Shown: positions 58,294 to 64,000 of the stretch, in pieces | How the letters are laid out: each line of letters begins with the position of its first letter | How positions within the stretch are numbered: position 1 is the first letter of the stretch | From: a candidate division WOR-3 bacterium | GTDB taxonomy: Bacteria > Hydrothermota > 32-111 | Direction: 5' to 3' | Length of the DNA stretch: 64,000 nt | NCBI GenBank assembly: GCA_039804105.1 | Contig: JBDRZU010000001.1 | Span: 192,001-256,000 of the forward strand | Program-made: the position numbers and the translations under genes | The notes under the pieces: model-generated | Databases searched by the model: none | Told to the model about the DNA's origin: nothing | What the model saw: the letters and a program-made list of their open reading frames with translations, nothing else

Positions 58294-59838
58294 TCAGTTT
58301 AAAGAAATGTTCATCTTTTTGAAGTTCTCTTCGAATCTTGCTTTGAGGTTGAGTGCTGCTTTTTTGTATTCCTCTTTGTTTATCCAGGTGTTGATAGGGT
58401 TCAAAACTTCCCTTGGAACATCAGGACATTCTGTCGGTATCATAAGTCCAAAAAATTCTTCCTTTTCAAATTTTATTTTACCAAACTCATCCGTTAATAT
58501 TGCTTTCACCATTCTTCTTGTGTAGGGGAGATTGAATCTTTTTCCAACACCATAAGGTCCACCTGTCCATCCTGTGTTTAAAAGATAAACTTTTGTTTTG
58601 TGTTTCAAAATTTTTTCTTTTAACATCTTTGCATATTTATCAGGACTCAATGGCATAAATGGTGCTCCAAAACATGTTGAGAATGTTGCCTGTGGTTCTA
58701 CTATTCCTCTTTCTGTTCCAGCGAGTTTACTTGTGTATCCGGAAACGAAATGGAACATTGCTTCCTCAACAGAAAGCAAGGAAACTGGTGGAAGAACACC
58801 AAAAGCATCTGCGGTTAAAAAAATAATATATTTCGGATGTGAGCATTTCCCTGACAGGTCAGCATTTGGAATGAAATGTATTGGATACGCTGCTCTTGTG
58901 TTTTCAGTTAGGGAACCATCAGCATAATCAGGTTCTCCGTTATCTTTGACTATAACATTTTCCATGACTGCACCAAATTTTAAAGAATCATATATTTGTG
59001 GTTCTGTCTCTCTTTTTAAATTTATCGTTTTTGCATAACATCCACCTTCAAAATTAAAAACACCATCATCAGACCAGCCATGTTCATCATCTCCGATCAA
59101 TCTTCTTTCGATATCAGCGGAAAGAGTTGTTTTCCCGGTTCCAGAGAGTCCAAAAAATATTGCTGAATTTCCTTTATCATCTGTATTCGCTGAGCAATGC
59201 ATTGGAAAAACATTCTTTTTTGGTAGAAGATAGTTCATCATTGTGAATATCGATTTTTTTATCTCACCAAAATATTGTGTCCCTCCGATTAGAACTGTCA
59301 TTTTGTCATAATTGATAATTATAAAACATTCAGAATTTGTTTTATCGAGTTCAGGGATCGCCTTGAAATTTGGAAGGCAGATTACATTTATGTCAGGTTT
59401 AAAATTTTTTAATTCATTTTCAGTTGGTCTTATAAAAAGTGAAGAAGATGCAAGCGCCTGATTTGCGAGTTCACAGGTGATTCGGAGTGAATATCCATAT
59501 CTTCTATCAGCACCAACATATCCATCAAAAACAAAAAGATCTTTACCCTGAATATATGCTCTCATCTTTTGATAAAGGTTTTCATAAACTTCTTCTGATA
59601 TTGGTTTATTCACTTTTCCCCATGCAATATCATCGTGTACAGATGGAGTATCAACGATGAATCTATCATCAGGGCTTCTTCCATTATATTTACCTGTGTT
59701 AACAACAAAAGCCCCGGTATTTGTAAATATCCCTTCCTTTCTTTCGATCGCTATTTCTAAAAGTTTTGCAGGAGGAAGGTTCCTGTAAATATTTCTGTAA
59801 TTTACTATTTTTAAATCGGAAAGATTAATTTTATCCAT
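58294..59838 (-). CDS. pckA: Phosphoenolpyruvate carboxykinase (ATP)
   Basis: GRSPDD, YFGEIKKS, MHCSAN, GLSGTGKTTLS, IGDDEHGW, NFEGGCYAK. Confidence 0.97.
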   Translation of the reverse strand: MDKINLSDLKIVNYRNIYRNLPPAKLLEIAIERKEGIFTNTGAFVVNTGKYNGRSPDDRFIVDTPSVHDDIAWGKVNKPISEEVYENLYQKMRAYIQGKDLFVFDGYVGADRRYGYSLRITCELANQALASSSLFIRPTENELKNFKPDINVICLPNFKAIPELDKTNSECFIIINYDKMTVLIGGTQYFGEIKKSIFTMMNYLLPKKNVFPMHCSANTDDKGNSAIFFGLSGTGKTTLSADIERRLIGDDEHGWSDDGVFNFEGGCYAKTINLKRETEPQIYDSLKFGAVMENVIVKDNGEPDYADGSLTENTRAAYPIHFIPNADLSGKCSHPKYIIFLTADAFGVLPPVSLLSVEEAMFHFVSGYTSKLAGTERGIVEPQATFSTCFGAPFMPLSPDKYAKMLKEKILKHKTKVYLLNTGWTGGPYGVGKRFNLPYTRRMVKAILTDEFGKIKFEKEEFFGLMIPTECPDVPREVLNPINTWINKEEYKKAALNLKARFEENFKKMNISLN

Positions 59839-59866
59839 CAAACCTCCTTAATAATTTTGTAATTTT

Positions 59867-59955
59867 ATTATATATTTTTAAAATTTTTTTTCAACAAAAT
59901 TGATTGTTTTACAAATTTTTTAACCACTTGAAAAAAAGTGAATTTAATCTAAAAT
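59867..59955. promoter_or_regulatory. Divergent promoters for pckA and fhs
   Basis: - strand TTGAAA(59894)-N16-TATAAT(59867); + strand TTGAAA(59928)-N16-TAAAAT(59955). Confidence 0.6.
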
Positions 59956-59976
59956 TAAAATCTTAAAGGAGAATAC

Positions 59977-61605
59977 ATGATACAACTAAAAAGAATTGAG
60001 GAGATCTGTGAAAAACTTGGAATCGACAAAGAAAACATTATCCCTTATGGTAAATTCATTGCAAAAATCAATTTAGTAGAGAGAAAGAATAGAGAAAAGA
60101 AAGGGAAACTTATACTTGTTACAGCGATAAACCCGACTCCATATGGTGAAGGGAAAACAACAGTTTCAATAGGTCTTTCTGATGCTTTGAATGCCAGTGG
60201 TAAAAAAAGTATTGTTTGTTTAAGAGAGCCATCTCTTGGACCTGTTTTTGGAGTAAAAGGTGGAGCGACTGGTGGTGGTTTATCAAAAATAGAACCCTCA
60301 AATGAGATTAACTTACATTTTACCGGTGATATTCATGCAGTAACAGCAGCACACAATCTTCTTGCAGCACTTCTTGATAATGTTTATTCGAGAAAAAATA
60401 TTTCACATTTTCAGCCCAAAGATATTTTTTTCCATAGAGTTCTTGATATGAATGATCGAGCACTACGAAAAATAATTATAGGTGTTGGTGATGATAGTGG
60501 ACAGATAAGGGAATCAAAGTTTGAGATAACAGCAGCATCAGAAGTTATGGCTATACTTGGTCTTTCATACGATTTAAAAGAATTGAAAGAAAAACTATCT
60601 AAGATAATGATCGGAATATCATATGATAACAAACCAGTTTTTGCAAAAGATATTGGTGCTGAAAATGGAATGGCGATACTTTTGAAGGATGCTATAAATC
60701 CAAATATTGTTCAAACCTTGAATAATAATCCGGCTTTTGTTCACACAGGCCCTTTCGCAAATATTGCACATGGAACATGTTCAATTACTTCTATTGATTT
60801 GTCTATGCGGTTTGCTGAATACACTGTTGTTGAAGCAGGATTCGGTAGTGATCTTGGTGCTGAAAAATTTATCGATATAGTTAGTAGAAACAAAAATATG
60901 GTTCCACCTGACTATGTGGTTATCGTAGCAACATTAAGAGCAATAAAACATCATGGTGGAGTTAAACTGAAAGATATAAATGCGAAAAATTTTGATGCAG
61001 TAAAAATCGGATTTTCCAACCTTGAAAAACATATTGAAAACATGAAATCGTTTAATATAAATACAGTTGTTGCATTAAATAGATTTTCTGAAGATGATGA
61101 AGAAGAATTAAAACTTCTTGAGGATCTTGTTAAAGCAAAAGGTTGCGAAGTATTTCAAATCGATGTTTACAATAAAGGATACCAAACAGCATTACCTCTT
61201 GCTGAATATATTATAAAATCAAAACCAATAAAAGAAAAAATTAACTATGTGTATGATTTCAAAGAATCTATTGAAGAAAAAATTAAAAAGATAGCATATA
61301 GAATTTACGGCGCTTATGGTATAGTTGTTAACAAAAAGGTTAAAGATAAAATAAAGATGATCGAGGACTGGGGTTTTTCAGATTTACCAATATGTATAGC
61401 AAAAACCCAGTATTCTTTTTCTGATAATGAAAAATTACTTGGAAGGCCAAAGAATTTTAACATAGAGATAAAAGATTTAAAAGTTTCAAGTGGAGCTGGT
61501 TTCATAGTAGTTTATCTTGGAAACATTATGACGATGCCTGGATTACCCGAAGAACCAGCGGCTTTAAGTATGCATATTGACGATGAAGGTAATGTTAAGA
61601 TATAA
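59977..61605 (+). CDS. fhs: Formate--tetrahydrofolate ligase
   Basis: TAINPTPYGEGKTT, LREPSLGP, KGGATGGG, EAGFGSDLGAEKF, KTQYS, TMPGLP. Confidence 0.97.
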   Translation: MIQLKRIEEICEKLGIDKENIIPYGKFIAKINLVERKNREKKGKLILVTAINPTPYGEGKTTVSIGLSDALNASGKKSIVCLREPSLGPVFGVKGGATGGGLSKIEPSNEINLHFTGDIHAVTAAHNLLAALLDNVYSRKNISHFQPKDIFFHRVLDMNDRALRKIIIGVGDDSGQIRESKFEITAASEVMAILGLSYDLKELKEKLSKIMIGISYDNKPVFAKDIGAENGMAILLKDAINPNIVQTLNNNPAFVHTGPFANIAHGTCSITSIDLSMRFAEYTVVEAGFGSDLGAEKFIDIVSRNKNMVPPDYVVIVATLRAIKHHGGVKLKDINAKNFDAVKIGFSNLEKHIENMKSFNINTVVALNRFSEDDEEELKLLEDLVKAKGCEVFQIDVYNKGYQTALPLAEYIIKSKPIKEKINYVYDFKESIEEKIKKIAYRIYGAYGIVVNKKVKDKIKMIEDWGFSDLPICIAKTQYSFSDNEKLLGRPKNFNIEIKDLKVSSGAGFIVVYLGNIMTMPGLPEEPAALSMHIDDEGNVKI

Positions 61606-61610
61606 TTTTG

Positions 61611-61638
61611 TTGACTTAGAAAAAATATTAAATAAAAT
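61611..61638 (+). promoter_or_regulatory. Promoter TTGACT-N16-TAAAAT
   Basis: Hexamer match upstream of ATG 61669. Confidence 0.6.
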
Positions 61639-61668
61639 AAAAATTTAAGTTTAAAAATGTGAGGATAT

Positions 61669-63237
61669 ATGGAAGATAAAAAATTCAATTCATCTGGAAT
61701 CGAGTTGAAAGTTTTCTATGATAAAAATGATTTGAAGGATGATCCAAAACTTGGTAAACCTGGAGAGTATCCTTTTACAAGAGGTGTATACTCAACGATG
61801 TATCGTGGAAAACCATGGACGATGAGACAGTATGCTGGTTTTGGAACAGCAGAGGAAACTAACGAAAGATTCAAATATCTTTTGAAAAATGGTCAAACAG
61901 GACTTTCTGTTGCTTTTGATCTCCCAACACAACTTGGGCTCGACTCTGATGATCCACTTTCATCAGGAGAAGTTGGAAAAGTTGGTGTTGCGATTTCAAC
62001 AGTTGATGATATGATGGTTCTTTTTGATGGAATTCCTCTTGATCAGGTCTCCACTTCGATGACTATCAATGCTTCATCAATGATTATCCTTGCGATGTAT
62101 ATCATAGTCGCAAAAAAACAGGGAGTTAGTATGGACAAACTCTCTGGAACTATACAGAACGATATTTTAAAAGAGTATACCGCAAGGGGAAACTATATTT
62201 TTCCACCAGAACCTTCAATGAGATTAACAGCAGATATTTTTGAATTCTGTTCAAAAAATCTTCCAAAATGGAACACAATTTCTATCTCTGGTTATCATAT
62301 CAGAGAAGCTGGATCAACAGCGGTTCAGGAACTTGCTTTCACTTTTGCTGATGCTATCGCCTATGTTGAATACGCTTTGAAAAAAGGACTTGATGTTGAT
62401 TCTTTCGCTCCAAGGTTATCCTTCTTTTTCAACGCACACAACAATTTCTTTGAAGAGATCGCAAAATTCAGAGCAGCAAGAAGGATATGGGCAAAAATAA
62501 TGAAAGAAAAGTTTAAAGCAAAAGATCCAAAAAGTATGATGCTCAGATTCCATACTCAAACAGCAGGTTCAATGTTAACAGCCCAGCAACCTATGAACAA
62601 TATTGTAAGAGTTGCTCTTCAGGCATTATCAGCAGTATTAGGCGGCACACAATCTTTACACACAAACTCCTATGATGAAGCGCTTGCTCTTCCAACCGAA
62701 GAATCAGTTAGAATAGCACTCAGAACCCAACAGATCATTGCTTATGAAACAGGGGTTTGTGATGTTGTTGATCCACTTGGAGGAAGTTATTACATTGAAA
62801 CATTAACCGATGAGATAGAAAAACTTGTCTGGGAATATCTTGATAAGATTGAAAAGATGGGTGGTGCTGTAAGATGTGTTGAAACTGGATACTTCAAAAA
62901 TGAAATTCATAATTCTTCATACAAATTCCAGAAAGAGGTTGAATCAGGTGAAAAGATTATAGTTGGATTAAATAAGTTTAAAATTGAAGAAAATATCAAA
63001 TCAAATCTTATGAAGATTGATGAAAGTGTTGAGTTGAAAAGGAAAGAGATTTTAAAAGAATTCAGAAAGAACAGAGATAACGAAAAAGTGAAAAAAATTC
63101 TTGAGAAGATTTCACAGGTGTGTGATACGAATGAAAATCTTTTCCCTTATGTGATTGAAGCAGTTGAGAACAAAGCGACTATGGGGGAAATTATAAATGT
63201 AATGAAAAATAAGTGGGGGTTATTCGATAATGATTAA
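61669..63237 (+). CDS. Methylmalonyl-CoA mutase, substrate-binding (large) subunit
   Basis: [39 protein letters not shown]; no B12-binding domain. Confidence 0.95.
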   Translation: MEDKKFNSSGIELKVFYDKNDLKDDPKLGKPGEYPFTRGVYSTMYRGKPWTMRQYAGFGTAEETNERFKYLLKNGQTGLSVAFDLPTQLGLDSDDPLSSGEVGKVGVAISTVDDMMVLFDGIPLDQVSTSMTINASSMIILAMYIIVAKKQGVSMDKLSGTIQNDILKEYTARGNYIFPPEPSMRLTADIFEFCSKNLPKWNTISISGYHIREAGSTAVQELAFTFADAIAYVEYALKKGLDVDSFAPRLSFFFNAHNNFFEEIAKFRAARRIWAKIMKEKFKAKDPKSMMLRFHTQTAGSMLTAQQPMNNIVRVALQALSAVLGGTQSLHTNSYDEALALPTEESVRIALRTQQIIAYETGVCDVVDPLGGSYYIETLTDEIEKLVWEYLDKIEKMGGAVRCVETGYFKNEIHNSSYKFQKEVESGEKIIVGLNKFKIEENIKSNLMKIDESVELKRKEILKEFRKNRDNEKVKKILEKISQVCDTNENLFPYVIEAVENKATMGEIINVMKNKWGLFDND

Positions 63238-63649
63238 AAAATTTAACCACATTTCGATTGCTGTTTCAAATCTTGAAAAGAGCAAAAAAATTTTTGAAGA
63301 GATTTTCAATAAAAAATGTGATATGGAAGTTGATGTTCCAGATCAAAAAGTAAAAGTTGCCATGTTTGATATCGGTGGAGTCCTTTTTGAAATAATTCAG
63401 CCATTAGATATGGAATCTTCAATAGCACAGTTTGTTGATAACAGAGGAAACGCCTTACACCATATCGCTTTTTCAGTTGATGATATACAGAAAACAATCG
63501 AAGATTTTATAGCAAAAGGTTATAGAATGATCGATCAGAAACCAAGAATAGGAGCTGAAGGACATCCGATTGCATTTATGCATCCAAAATCTTCAGATGG
63601 GATTTTAATAGAATTTGTTGAAGAAAAAGAGGAGAAGAAAAATGAGTAA
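63230..63649 (+). CDS. mce: Methylmalonyl-CoA epimerase
   Basis: HISIAV, QKVKVA, LHHIAF.VDDI, FMHPKS..GILIE. Confidence 0.93.
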   Translation: MIKKFNHISIAVSNLEKSKKIFEEIFNKKCDMEVDVPDQKVKVAMFDIGGVLFEIIQPLDMESSIAQFVDNRGNALHHIAFSVDDIQKTIEDFIAKGYRMIDQKPRIGAEGHPIAFMHPKSSDGILIEFVEEKEEKKNE

Positions 63650-64000
63650 ATTTAAAATTTTTGAGGAAAAGTTAAAAGAAAGAAAAATAAAAGCAAGAGT
63701 TGCTGTTGTGAACGCAACGATCGAGTCAGCGATAGATGCTGCTGTTGAAGCGGCGAACAAAGGTTTTGCTTATCCAATTCTTATTGGGCAAAAACAAAAA
63801 ATAGAGGAATTGCTTAAAAAGGTCAACTTCAACGGGGAGTATGAAATTGTTGATTCACCAAATGAAGTTGAATCAGCAAAAATAGCGGTCAACCTTGTGA
63901 AAGAAGGAAAAGCGGATGTTATATTAAAAGGTTCAATAACAACATCAAATTTTATGAGACCAATTTTAAGTAAAGAAAATGGAATAGTAAAACCAGGGTC
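63642..64000 (+). CDS. ptb: Phosphate butyryltransferase / phosphate acyltransferase, 5' part (runs off the window)
   Basis: Manual translation [10 protein letters not shown]...VAVVNA...PILIG...SAKIAVNLVKEGKADVILKGSITTSNFMRPIL. Confidence 0.8.
   Translation, partial: MSKFKIFEEKLKERKIKARVAVVNATIESAIDAAVEAANKGFAYPILIGQKQKIEELLKKVNFNGEYEIVDSPNEVESAKIAVNLVKEGKADVILKGSITTSNFMRPILSKENGIVKPG

Noticed and set aside
5109..63497. Many 60-130 aa ORFs antisense or nested in long genes
   Set aside because: Shadows of well-supported genes without their own signals or motifs.
1..64000. Alternative genetic code or stop read-through
   Set aside because: TAA, TAG and TGA all end conserved genes at expected places; in-frame stops are confined to the island and come with frameshifts.

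Overview
Chromosomal window from a very AT-rich (about 30% GC or lower by eye), densely packed bacterium using genetic code 11. Omp85, a PorV-like barrel and T9SS-type C-terminal domains indicate a diderm envelope; POR, buk/ptb, fhs and methylmalonyl-CoA mutase indicate an anaerobic fermenter. An FCB-affiliated candidate lineage is my inference only. Bases 1-4706 are a decaying accessory island: a large serine recombinase pseudogene lies outside a ~3.4 kb defence cassette (XRE regulator, HTH-fused DNA methyltransferase, probable restriction nuclease, frameshifted membrane protein, ThsB-like TIR gene). The cassette is bracketed by two ~180 bp structured, GC-rich inverted repeats sharing a dyad with an asymmetric 2-bp core; this is the most unusual feature. 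The rest is core genome: nadE-crp-prfA-prmC-nadK-recN-priA, a carboxyltransferase/carotenoid operon, a four-gene polyamine operon with a candidate leader ORF, buk-por, ychF, fbp, scpA, secreted M6 and C25 proteases with a protease-fused Omp85, pckA, fhs and mut-mce-ptb. Nearly all host sigma70-like promoters have a 16-bp spacer, five genes look leaderless, and there is an unannotated 28-aa membrane protein behind a perfect promoter. No tRNA, rRNA or CRISPR array was seen. All calls come from reading motifs by eye; no searches were run.
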